Shown here: one piece after another, positions 10,640-19,862 of the stretch
Numbering within the stretch: the stretch's first letter is position 1
Layout: each line of letters begins with the position of its first letter
Source of the DNA: an uncultured Nitrososphaeraceae archaeon
Lineage (GTDB): Archaea > Thermoproteota > Nitrososphaeria > Nitrososphaerales > Nitrososphaeraceae
DNA length: 19,862 nucleotides
Direction: 5' to 3'
NCBI GenBank assembly: GCA_963765895.1
Contig: CAVXZB010000030.1
Span: 1 to 19,862 of the forward strand
Made by a program: the position numbers and the translations under genes
The notes under the pieces: generated by a model
The model's input: only the letters and a program-made list of their open reading frames with translations
Told to the model about the DNA's origin: nothing
The model's database searches: none

Positions 10640-10931
10640 TCATAAACTAATACGAAACAAGTGGGGAAGAAAAAATACACTGAAGATAAGAATAAGATTA
10701 AGGAATCCGTCCACCATACAAAATAAACTGAAACGTACGACCTTATCTCTTGGTCCATGCTCTACCAGGTTAAGATAAATGACCACTATTGCAGATATAC
10801 CAAATGGAATTATTAATGCGTATGCCACAAGTACGACTAGGAATTGAATATCAGCTGATTACCAGCAATATTTGAAAAAGAAGGACAAGTACGCCAATAA
10901 TAATCATAGCATCAACTTGAAGGATATCCAT
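10640..10931 (-). pseudogene. Small membrane protein, interrupted
   Basis: MDILQVDAMIIIGVLVLL... from ATG 10931 breaks near 10855-10875 and continues as the hydrophobic ORF 10640..10828 (..IIPFGISAIVV...). Confidence 0.45.
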
Positions 10932-11717
10932 GTCTTTGAGCACAACAAGTAATGTAACTCATTTTATATATCCTTAAGAAGACTGCTAGCAGTTATAGAA
11001 TCCAACCTTGGCTTATGGTATAATATCTACCTATGGCATAACCGACTGGATTCAATTTGACTATGACGGCTTTTGTAGAGACCATATCATACTATCAAAG
11101 CAATGTACGAGTATAATATCAATAATTTATTGGAAGAAATCATGGACGTTAAACTTACAGATAATGAATATTGCTACAGCGACTTAAAAGCGGTAGGCGA
11201 TCAGGATATCTGATATTATAGATCTAAAGACGACCGATTTGGCGCAGCAAAAAGCAAGGTTGGTATATCAGATTATGGGCTTACAATTCGATTTCTAGTT
11301 TCGAATTTAAGTATTGTCCTTGCTGTAACAAGGAACTAACAAACCAATTGACTGATTGAGTTAGATTTGGCTCAAAAAATTCTCCCTGTTTAGAATATTC
11401 GTTATCTCAAATTTAATAGCGCAATTTGTTCTGCTGTATTCTTTATATCCATATTATTCGTCACGCTTATTTCCAAAACACCTACTGATGCTAATACCGT
11501 TTTTCAGTTGTATCATAATTCATTATCCATTCATTATCGTATTCTGTTTTTATAATAAACTAATGTAAGTACAATTCATAAGGTATCGCAGCAACAGAAG
11601 TAAAGTAAAAAATTGGGGGTAAAGCAATAGCATATAAGGTTGCAATAGTTATGTGACCTATATGATCTATAAGGCAAGATTTGTAATACTAAGAGCTAAA
11701 TTTTAATAAAATAAGAA

Positions 11718-11855
11718 ATGGGATTTGGTCTTGATGTTCTTGTAACATCTGTAGGTATAGTCGTCTTTTTTGTCCTGTCTGTTAAGATACTTATAATTAA
11801 CCCGGGTAAACAAAACAGAATCAGTAGCAGAAATCAGACTAGAAAAATACAATAA
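11718..11855 (+). CDS. Putative 45-aa single-pass membrane protein
   Basis: MGFGLDVLVTSVGIVVFFVLSVKILIINPGKQNRISSRNQTRKIQ*: one TM helix followed by a basic tail. Below the ORF-track cutoff. Confidence 0.45.
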   Translation: MGFGLDVLVTSVGIVVFFVLSVKILIINPGKQNRISSRNQTRKIQ

Positions 11856-12204
11856 TGTACCGACTAATTTGAATTCGGATTATTGTAACTGCAAAGAGTT
11901 TCAAAAAGCGGAATCTACTCCTATCACACCTAATAATTCGACAGTAACTGCCCACCATTCACAAAGTAGTTTTTAAAGCAAAATATTTGCAGATTATTAA
12001 TTTATTACAATTGCCACTACACTTCAAAGCGACAAATAGTCTTACCAGCGATTCAGTCAGATGCAAGATATACTTTACCAATACCTTCTGCTAATGTCTG
12101 CAGTTTAAGGCTATCGAGATGATGTGATCACTTTAGATAGATCTTTCTTCATCTCTGGTTCATACCTTCTTTCCTTTTCTCTGTCTGGCTATCTCGATGC
12201 TCGA

Positions 12205-12570
12205 GTGTTCAAATAAGAATTTGTGATCCTTGGTGTAAGTAACCATTTTAACTTTCCCATTATTTCTGGACATGGTTGGTATTATCCTTATTTTACCAAT
12301 CTACCTTTCTTCACGACCATCTTTCTTTCGATTAAGTTCCTTTCATTCTTGTTCTATTTGTTTACTCACCTCCGTGTGCGATCTTTTTTCCTTTGTCGAG
12401 AAAGGACATCATCTATTATGTGCATAAGGTATGGTTCATGTCCAGCTATGAGTACAGATTATTCTGATTCAAAGTGTTAGGACAATTGTAAGGTTTTAGC
12501 TACTATTTATGAGGATATTTTATTCATATTTAGGGTACTGGAAATTATTTTAGCGGCTGCGTCGGAGTTG
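12205..12570 (-). pseudogene. sixA: Degraded SixA-like phosphohistidine phosphatase, C-terminal half
   Basis: Minus-strand fragments in order: AAKIISSTL, VLIAGHEPYL (GHEPYL at 12426-12443), VVKKGRLVK and GKLKWLLTPR (WLLTP at 12231-12245), with several stops and shifts. No RHG N-terminus found; boundaries approximate. Confidence 0.7.
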
Positions 12571-12623
12571 AGCCAACTAAAGGTAAAAACATTTAGAAGC
12601 ATCTAATTCAATTGAGCCCGGAT

Positions 12624-13149
12624 TTACTGTTTAGAATTATAACTTTTAGCTGCATCTATTATAAGCTTCTTTGCTGATTCCTTACATTTCCATCCCACAA
12701 TCTTCACGTATTTATCTTTTTCCAAGTCCTTATGATGTTCAATGAAGTGTTGAAGTTTATTGCGCATATAGTTTGGAATATCATCTATGTCATCTATACT
12801 TGAGAAGCTAAAATCCACCTTTGCTCGCTGGCACTGCAATAACTTTTGAATCTGTACCATTCTGATCTTGGGTTAACACTACTCCTATAGGACGAGACTT
12901 TATAACTGAACCTGGAGTTAATGGATAGTTTCCTAGCACAAATGCGTCCATATGATCACCATCTCGTTCTCTAATATCTATGATATATCCATAATTGCAT
13001 GGATATACCATGCTCACCGCTAGCACTCTATCTACGACAATTACTCCAGTTTTTGGATCCATTTCGTATTTAACAGTACTATCTTTTGGGATTTCGATCA
13101 ATACATTGACCTCCTCTAATTTCTCTTCAAATGTATCTGGATCTGCCAA
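12624..13149 (-). CDS. ppa: Family I soluble inorganic pyrophosphatase; one frameshift at about 12826
   Basis: IEIPKDSTVKYEMD, VDRVL, YPCNYGYI, DGDHMDAFVL and DSKVIAVP join to KVD...IDDIP...L.HF.EH.KDLEK.KYVK..GW. Confidence 0.93.
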
Positions 13150-13497
13150 ATTTCAAATATAATATAAATGATTATTATTAATAAAAGTAATTAATTTAGA
13201 ATCATTATCTCATTATTTTTAAATCCGCAGAAAAATGAAGATAGAGAAAACTTTTACAATAAATTCCGTACGATATCATAATTTTTCGATGTCGAATATC
13301 TAATAGCACATGACAAAAAGGTTTATAGTTTGAGGATCAGCATTAGCCTGGGACCAAAGGAAGGAACGATGGAGACGTTCGGGAAAGATTTACAAACACA
13401 GAATTTTACTTAATCTACACAAGGTCACAAAGATAGACTCTGGACGACAGTTATAAGTGCAGCAGTATTATATTATGAATGCGCATAAAATATCACA

Positions 13498-14442
13498 ATG
13501 TCGAAATCTTCCTCCATCAATAGTATTTTATATCCAATTGATGCCGAGACTTTTCTAAACAAGTCAGAAAGAAATATCCAGCGGGTTAATAACAAATTAG
13601 ACGATTATCTTAAAGATCCAAATGAAGAACAAATTCATGATATTAGAACAGCGATCAGACGTTTGCGAGCTACCAACCAATCACTTCAAAAAACAATTCG
13701 TAAGAAAAAGGAATTCAAGGAATTCGCAACCAAAAGCAAAGAGCTTTTCTCATTAAATAGTAAGATTAGAGATTACGACATAATTCTCGAGATGCTGTCT
13801 AAATATACTGAAAATGTGTCTTCGTCAAAAAGTGAACAGCAGCAGACGTCACATACCTCGCAAGCATTAGCGAACGTATCAAAGTCGTTGGAAATCCTCA
13901 GAAAGAGGAGATTAACTGAGGCCAAAACAATAGCAGTGGAGCTGAGAAAATTAGCTATTCCTAAACTAGACGCTAATAAGATTAATAAATCTGAAAAAAA
14001 ACTAATGAAGAGATTTAATAGCATTGTCGGCGAATATGCCAATTCAATTGAGAAGAATTATCCTGTGGTGCTAAGTTCTCCCAAGAGGTTGACCGTGCTG
14101 CATGAAATGCGAAAGGATTGTAAAAAGCTTCGTTATCTATTGGAACTTTTGCCGGTTGGTACAAATGGCAGGAATAAAGGCAAAGATAACGTTATTCGGC
14201 TGATCGAGGAATTAGAAAAGGTCCAGGATATACTTGGAACAATTCATGATTATGATACCACTATTGCATATATAAGAAAATATCTTGAAAATCATCCAAA
14301 GGAGCGAGCCTCTCTTGATAACACTGTCAAGTATTTATACGAAGATAGGCAAAAAAAGTTTGAACAATTTATGGATTTCTGTAAAGCCGATCTTTCAAAC
14401 TCTAAGGACAATTTATTTCTCAACATTATGAACATCAATTAA
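13498..14442 (+). CDS. CHAD domain protein (polyphosphate-binding)
   Basis: Intact 314-aa helical, basic protein with paired motifs IHDIRTAIRRLRA...IRDYDI and LHEMRKDCKKLRYLLE...QDILGTIHDY. Confidence 0.92.
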   Translation: MSKSSSINSILYPIDAETFLNKSERNIQRVNNKLDDYLKDPNEEQIHDIRTAIRRLRATNQSLQKTIRKKKEFKEFATKSKELFSLNSKIRDYDIILEMLSKYTENVSSSKSEQQQTSHTSQALANVSKSLEILRKRRLTEAKTIAVELRKLAIPKLDANKINKSEKKLMKRFNSIVGEYANSIEKNYPVVLSSPKRLTVLHEMRKDCKKLRYLLELLPVGTNGRNKGKDNVIRLIEELEKVQDILGTIHDYDTTIAYIRKYLENHPKERASLDNTVKYLYEDRQKKFEQFMDFCKADLSNSKDNLFLNIMNIN

Positions 14443-14469
14443 TATAAATAAAAATATCACTAATTCATT

Positions 14470-14664
14470 GTGGCTGTCTCAGGAATGTTTATTACCCATT
14501 CGAATTCACTTCAGTTTCTAATTCGTATAACTGACAACAACAATCCAAAGAAACAGGAGGTGATGAGTGACTTGCTTAAATTTCTAGATTTGGTCCAGAA
14601 ACATGCCGATAAGGAAGGATGTCAACATTGCCCTGATATATTAGAATCTGTCTTTGAACGATAA
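14470..14664 (+). CDS. Possible small CxxC protein; true start may be 14562 or 14572
   Basis: Ends ...KEGCQHCPDILESVFER*. A Shine-Dalgarno-like GGAGGTGA lies inside the ORF, 8 nt before an in-frame TTG. Confidence 0.3.
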   Translation: MAVSGMFITHSNSLQFLIRITDNNNPKKQEVMSDLLKFLDLVQKHADKEGCQHCPDILESVFER

Positions 14665-14794
14665 AATAAGACATTCTAACGGTTGATGTACTCTTGTTGA
14701 ATATGCGTACCATAATTAGCGCATTAAATGGTAATCCTAAATTGATATTTATAGATTGTAACAATCTAACGTGGGCCAGCACATTTAATCCTGC

Positions 14795-14949
14795 TAGTAT
14801 ATAATAAATTAATAAATCTGACGATATCGATTTTTGTGAAGTCCGGCATCCATCAATGCGTCCATTGAAAAAGGCCGATCTTCCGGCTTGGATATTTGGG
14901 TGTCACGCTATGTCACATCTTGAACACTGGTCACATTTTTTGCCGATTT
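14795..14949 (-). repeat. Left arm of a degenerate inverted repeat, containing a roughly 10-bp-period GTCAC array (14901-14935)
   Basis: The reverse complement shares collinear blocks with 17646-17774 (see findings). Array reads TGTCACGCTA TGTCACATCT TGAACACTG GTCACA. Confidence 0.55.
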
Positions 14950-15053
14950 GGTTTACTACTTCAGGTCAAATATTAGTTGGGTGCTAAATATTAACATGAA
15001 TCTTACTATTTTTGACACATATGGTAGAGTTATTTGTTGCCCCAAAAATGCTC

Positions 15054-16084
15054 CTACAATTTTACAAGTGACTTAACCGCCCGGCGTTCGTCCGTGGCAG
15101 CGTAGGCTTCGATGCCGTTGAGATCAGTCGTGAAGTCAAAGACGCATCCAGGATTGATAATTCCTTCTAAAACATCAACAAGAAGCTCCGACATGTAGGC
15201 TCGAGCCGGCGCCGGACCACCATGCATACCTACATTATGATAGAACATATTCTGAACAGGTCTCTCGACGCCGTGAGGCATACCAACATAACCAACTATC
15301 GAGCCGGGTCGTGCTATAGCTAGTGCCATCTACATAGACTCGTTTGTACCAACGCATTCAAGTGAAGCGTCGACACCTACTCCATCTGTCAACCCCAATA
15401 CAGTCTCGTTTGCTTCTCCACCACGCTCTGCTATGATATCCGTAGCACCGAATTCTTGAGCAAGCTTTTGGCGAGCCGGGTTTCGGCTCAAGGAAATGAT
15501 TCGTTGTGCGCCTAAACGTTTAGCAGCAATGATAGCACAAAGGCCTACAGCTCCATCACCGACGATGGCAACTGTATCACCTTTCTTGACACCTGCACAT
15601 ATGGCTGGGTGGTGTCCTGTGCACATGACATCAGAGAGCGTGAGCAACGAGGCTAATGTTTTGTCTGTATAACCTGAACCGGGAACCTTAACTAGAGTGC
15701 CATCTGCTAATGGCACCCGTATGGCCTCGCCCTGTCCTCCTTCGATCCCATTGGCTCCCCATATGCCGCCTACAACACATGCAGATGTGATTCCTACTCT
15801 ACAGTTTGGGCATGTGCCGTCGCAATATAAGAACGGTGCAATGACAAGATCACCTTAGCGATGTTTTTCACGCTATCTCCAGCTTGTTCCACAACACCAA
15901 GAAATTCATGGCCAATCGGGCTACCCGATGTATAGTCGGACTGCCCACGATAGAATCATAGGTCAGAGCCACAGACACATGTCAGCGCGACGCGAACTAC
16001 AACATTGGCTGGCTCTTTGATTATGGGATCCGGTCGTTCACCAAGCTCAATGACGCCTTTATTCTTGAATATTGCAGCTTTCAT
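15054..16084 (-). pseudogene. Zinc-dependent alcohol dehydrogenase (MDR family) pseudogene
   Basis: Motifs MKAAIF, CVCGSDL, GHEFLGVV, CDGTCPNC...C, LSDVMCTG, GDGAVG and GGPAP. In-frame TGA at 15956-15958 (expected Trp), frameshift at about 15854 and in-frame TAG at 15330-15332. Confidence 0.92.
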
Positions 16085-16651
16085 AATTAATACTTCAACT
16101 CCACTAAACTATAGTAGTTATTGTAATCCGTGAAATGCATACATTGTAGTATAGGAAATGTCGTCAACATAAGATATGATTAGTCTAACCAAGTTGTTAC
16201 TATCATACTTTTACAGTTTTAGTCATAACACAACTACTGGAAAATAAATTTGTAGACCTTGTAAAATTACGCTGCAAGATACTTATTATTTCCCAGAGTT
16301 CCGAGTGAAAGATAAAGAGTATAACATTTTATTACATCTGAAAAATACATGCAACTACAATGTGGAACAGCATTCAGTATCTCACAACGCGATACCTATC
16401 ATTAGTAATTTAATGTATTTCTTTATCATACGGTTGAATTTTGTGTGATCAATATCAATTGATTGCTAGTCTTTAGTGAGAATGCCTTCATTTGGAAAGA
16501 AGCTCATTTATTCAATGTGAGGAATACTCGGGATCTTTTAAGTAATGGATCACCTATAGGGAGAGGGATTATCGATAGCGAACTATGTTCTAAGCTTTCA
16601 AATTGTTATTCTGTGCATGGCACTGAATTTTACTGGCTTGCTGGTCGCTCA

Positions 16652-17575
16652 TCAGCTTTTCTCTTTATGTTCCAAATGATAGCGTTCTATCATTAATCTA
16701 ATTACTTCAGTGTATTTACTTGGATGGGAGTAAACGTCCATTACTATTTTTTTTAGATTTTCTGGACTTAACATTTGCTTTGAATAATTCAGATCCTTAC
16801 CAGCTTTGTATAACTCTCCTTCTGGGATCTGCCACCTCATTTGTTCTTCTTTACGTTTCCAAATTCTCATATGTTCTAGCTCTGTTTTATATCTGTCTCC
16901 TTCTTGTTTTGCTTCTTGTAGTTCCTGCTTTAATTGTTGGTTTTTTTCAAATAATGGCCTATCATTCCAGGACTCTTCAAGTCCTTTTTTAGTTGTATGA
17001 TAACTTTCCAATGAGATTTGTTTTTCTGACTCTAGTTGTTGTATTTGATTTATTAGATTATCTTTTTTAACTTTCAATTGTTCAATATACTCTGGAAAAT
17101 TCTCAAGAGGGATATTGAGCTTATCTACTGCCCAATACATTTTATAAATACTATCAAAAAACTGCTTTGTGGATAGGTTCTGTTTAAAGCAAAATACTTC
17201 CAGGCTTACTATCAAGGACTCCATTTTCTTTTCAGTTACTTGGTCGAGATTGTAGATATAATCTTCTTCTCCATCTTCTCCATCCTTCTCCTCCTCTCCT
17301 GGTCTAACATCTAATAACCATTCCTTTTCTTCAAGAACTTCTCTCAACCTAATCAAGGCTGCAAATGATTCTACCTTCATACCTCTGTTTACGAGGTTTA
17401 GGCCAACTTCCCTTAGCAGGTCAAATTCGGGATCATCCCTTCTATATTCCTTAACTGTGCCACTTACAGGACCAGCTCCGATTTGTACTTCATTTGCAAT
17501 TTGATCTCTGCTTTTCCCTTGGAGCCATTTTCTAATAACCTCAATTTTTATTGGCTTTGGAATCTTCGAACCCAA
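16652..17575 (-). CDS. Hypothetical protein with N-terminal helix-turn-helix and central coiled coil
   Basis: Intact 307-aa ORF with TTG start. VIRKWLQGKSRDQIANEVQIGAGPVS resembles an HTH; then an acidic linker and heptad-rich segments (IEQLKVKKDNLINQIQQLESEK; NQQLKQELQEAKQE). Confidence 0.8.
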   Translation of the reverse strand: MGSKIPKPIKIEVIRKWLQGKSRDQIANEVQIGAGPVSGTVKEYRRDDPEFDLLREVGLNLVNRGMKVESFAALIRLREVLEEKEWLLDVRPGEEEKDGEDGEEDYIYNLDQVTEKKMESLIVSLEVFCFKQNLSTKQFFDSIYKMYWAVDKLNIPLENFPEYIEQLKVKKDNLINQIQQLESEKQISLESYHTTKKGLEESWNDRPLFEKNQQLKQELQEAKQEGDRYKTELEHMRIWKRKEEQMRWQIPEGELYKAGKDLNYSKQMLSPENLKKIVMDVYSHPSKYTEVIRLMIERYHLEHKEKS

Positions 17576-17665
17576 TTCTATATCTCAATAAATATTACAA
17601 AAGCAACAATAAAACAGACAGAATAATTAATAAATTTAGTTGTGAAAATCGGCTTAAAATGAACA

Positions 17666-17742
17666 TGAAGGCTATATGACATAGATCTGACGACTATTTG
17701 ACGACTATTTGACTGGCATTTGACGAAGATTTGAGGCACTTC
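17666..17742 (+). repeat. Seven degenerate 11-bp tandem units, consensus TGACNNNNATT; part of the right inverted-repeat arm (17646-17774)
   Basis: TGAAGGCTATA TGACATAGATC TGACGACTATT TGACGACTATT TGACTGGCATT TGACGAAGATT TGAGGCACTTC, with an exact 11-bp period. Confidence 0.85.
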
Positions 17743-17952
17743 AAAACAGATTCAATTGAATTTAATATATAGTAATATGGCATTATGGAACCTGTTCATA
17801 AAGAAATAATCCAAACTTCTGATGATTCCCATTACATTGTTTTAAAACAATTGGATAAGCTGGAAGTATCTTGCAGCAAATGCTTGTTAGATTAGTACTC
17901 ATGATGATTTGTGAATAAAGTAAGAATTAGCCGCCATTCAGATGAATGTTTG

Positions 17953-19625
17953 CTATTCTTGTAGTGCTTTATGAACAAAAGAGATTGCGATTGATCCTTC
18001 GCCCACTGCGGACGCAACACGTTTGATACTGCCGCCTCGTACATCACCCACCGCAAAAACACCTGGCAAACTAGTTTCAAGCAAATATGGTTGACGTGTA
18101 GGATACCAGCCTGCAGCGCTAAGACTTTCTGGGGATAGATCAAGTCCTGTCTTTATGAAACCTTTATTGTCGAGTGCGACGCAGCCATCAAGCCAACTGG
18201 TGTTTGGATCGGCACCCATCATGACAAATAGGTGTTTAATATCGTGCTCCTCAGTCTGTCCCGTTTGATTGTTCTGCCAGCGAACGAATTCTAGATGATC
18301 GCCCCCTTCGACTGCTACGATCTGAGTGTACGGCAGTAATACTATCGTAGAAGTTTCTTCTATCCGACGAATCAGGTAGCGCGACATGCTCTTGGCTAAA
18401 CCGGCTGACCTGACGAGCATGTGCACGCGCTTCGCAGTTTCAGCCAGAAACACGGCTCCTGACCGGCTGAGTTTCCTCCACCAACCACAATCACCTCTTC
18501 TCCACCACATAACTGTGCTTCCACAAAAGTCGCGCCGTAATATACGCCCGCACCTTCGAAGCGCAACAAGTTTTTGCATGGCGGCCTTCGATAGGCTGCC
18601 CCCGTTGCAATCATGATACTGCGTGCAGGAATTCGAGATCTATTCTCTATTTCGACAACTTACGGTTTACGGTCGCAGATAAGTTGTGTGGCCTTTGCAA
18701 TGAGTATATCAGCGCCAAATTTTTGAGCTTGAAGATAAGCTCTAGATGCCAGATCCTGGCCGGAGATACCAGTGGGAAATCCCAAGTAATTTTCGATTTT
18801 AGAGCTTGAACCAGCCTGACCACCAGGAGAACCCGTTTCCAGTACCATAACATCTAGTCCTTCTGATGCGCCATACACTCAGCCGCCAGCCCTGAGGGAC
18901 CAGCGCCGATGATTATGAGATCTCGCACATGGGTTTGCTCAATAGACTCATTAAAACCAAGGCAGTCTGCAATTTCTTGATTACTAGGATTGCGCAGTAC
19001 CAATTGGCCTCGACAGATCAATACTGGTATTTCGCTGGCAGAAATTTGAAAGCTATCCACTAGATTCTGTACATCAGGGTCGCGTTCCAGATCCATATAG
19101 GAGTATGGTTGTCCATTGCGCATCAGAAACTCTTTGATTCGATGTGTACTGGCAGAATATGTTGACCCTACTCAGAACAACATCTCCAACACCAGCAGCT
19201 ATTAATTCTACCTTACGCAGGATGAAAGCCCTCATCATTATCTCACCAAGTTCAGCATCAGTCTGTATCAAAGCTAGCATTTGTTGCCGATCCAGTTCTA
19301 TTACCTTACCTGGCTTAGTGGCACGAACGCGGAAGAGACTCCTCCGTCCGGCGAGTGTGCCAACCTCGCCAGTGAACTGGCCGGGTTCATAGGCTATGAC
19401 AAGGGTCTCAACAGGAACTGAAGGTCGCACAACCTCAGCTCCCCAGAGATAATCACAAAGAATGGTGCCGCGCTGTGTCCCTGCTCATAAAGTACTTCGC
19501 CAGCCGTCATCGAGCGCATGTGCCCGCGTGCTGCAATACGACTGAATCTGTGCTGGCGTTAATTTCGGAAATATTTGCTCAATACGAGAGCTGGTTATAG
19601 GAAGTCCCCTACGCGTATTAGACAT
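17953..19625 (-). pseudogene. Cyclic-nucleotide-binding domain fused to a thioredoxin-reductase-like FAD/NAD(P)H oxidoreductase; interrupted
   Basis: From ATG 19625: FPKLTPAQI, GEVLYEQG, FFVIISGEL and PGQFTGE (cNMP domain), then IIGAGPSGLAA, GGQAGSSSKIENYLGFPTGISG, IATGA, VVGGGNSAGQ and TSLPGVFAVGDVR...AVGEG. Frameshifts at about 19545, 19437, 19172, 18880 and 18458, plus in-frame TAA at 18660-18662. Confidence 0.92.
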
Positions 19626-19862
19626 AGTTGTGATTTATAGTGTACCTGCTCCTCATAAATCATCGCTTGAATCTTTCTATCTTTCTTTTTCTGAAAAAGA
19701 ATATACAATGATGATGTGAATTCTTAGACTTAATAAAAGATAGGTTGTAAAAAAGATTAGATCTGGCACCAACAAACTCTGAGGATTGTGACGAAGTATG
19801 TTGATGCGTGCAACCCATATAGATCCATTGAAACAGTAAAAAGAAAATTGACTATCTCAAAA

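Noticed and set aside
12223-12480. Plus-strand 85-aa ORF
   Set aside because: Antisense to the SixA-like remnant, which explains the region better.
790-12830. Programmed ribosomal frameshifting or phase variation as the cause of split genes
   Set aside because: Most breaks are not at slippery heptamers or long homopolymers, and they occur on either coding strand at the same DNA motif, which fits a DNA-level read error better.
15330-15958. Selenocysteine/pyrrolysine or alternative-code readthrough of TGA and TAG in the ADH
   Set aside because: The stops sit at single-transition positions (TGG to TGA; probably CAG to TAG), not at catalytic Cys. The gene also has a frameshift, and TGA and TAG end other intact genes here.
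16652-17575. Transposase or integrase call for the HTH protein
   Set aside because: No DDE, tyrosine/serine recombinase or HUH catalytic motif is recognisable.

Overview
AT-rich, low coding-density accessory region. Gene content, TATA-like boxes about 25-30 nt before start codons and poly-Q/N/E runs suggest a soil ammonia-oxidising archaeon (Nitrososphaeraceae-like); this is inference. It holds a ZnuA-type metal-binding protein, an HxlR-family regulator, a secreted MBL-fold hydrolase, a DipZ-like redoxin, an MFS transporter preceded by a perfect 15-bp x10 tandem repeat, a phosphate cluster (SixA remnant, ppa, CHAD), a Zn-alcohol dehydrogenase pseudogene, an HTH/coiled-coil protein and a cNMP-domain/thioredoxin-reductase-like fusion. 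Many genes are broken by single-base indels. Several of these revert to GCWGC or GATC, which suggests methylation-linked read errors rather than true decay. The most unusual unexplained structure is a degenerate inverted repeat pair (about 14795-14949 and 17646-17774). Each arm contains a helically phased TGAC array, and the pair brackets the ADH pseudogene and the HTH gene. No rRNA, tRNA, CRISPR array or transposase was seen.
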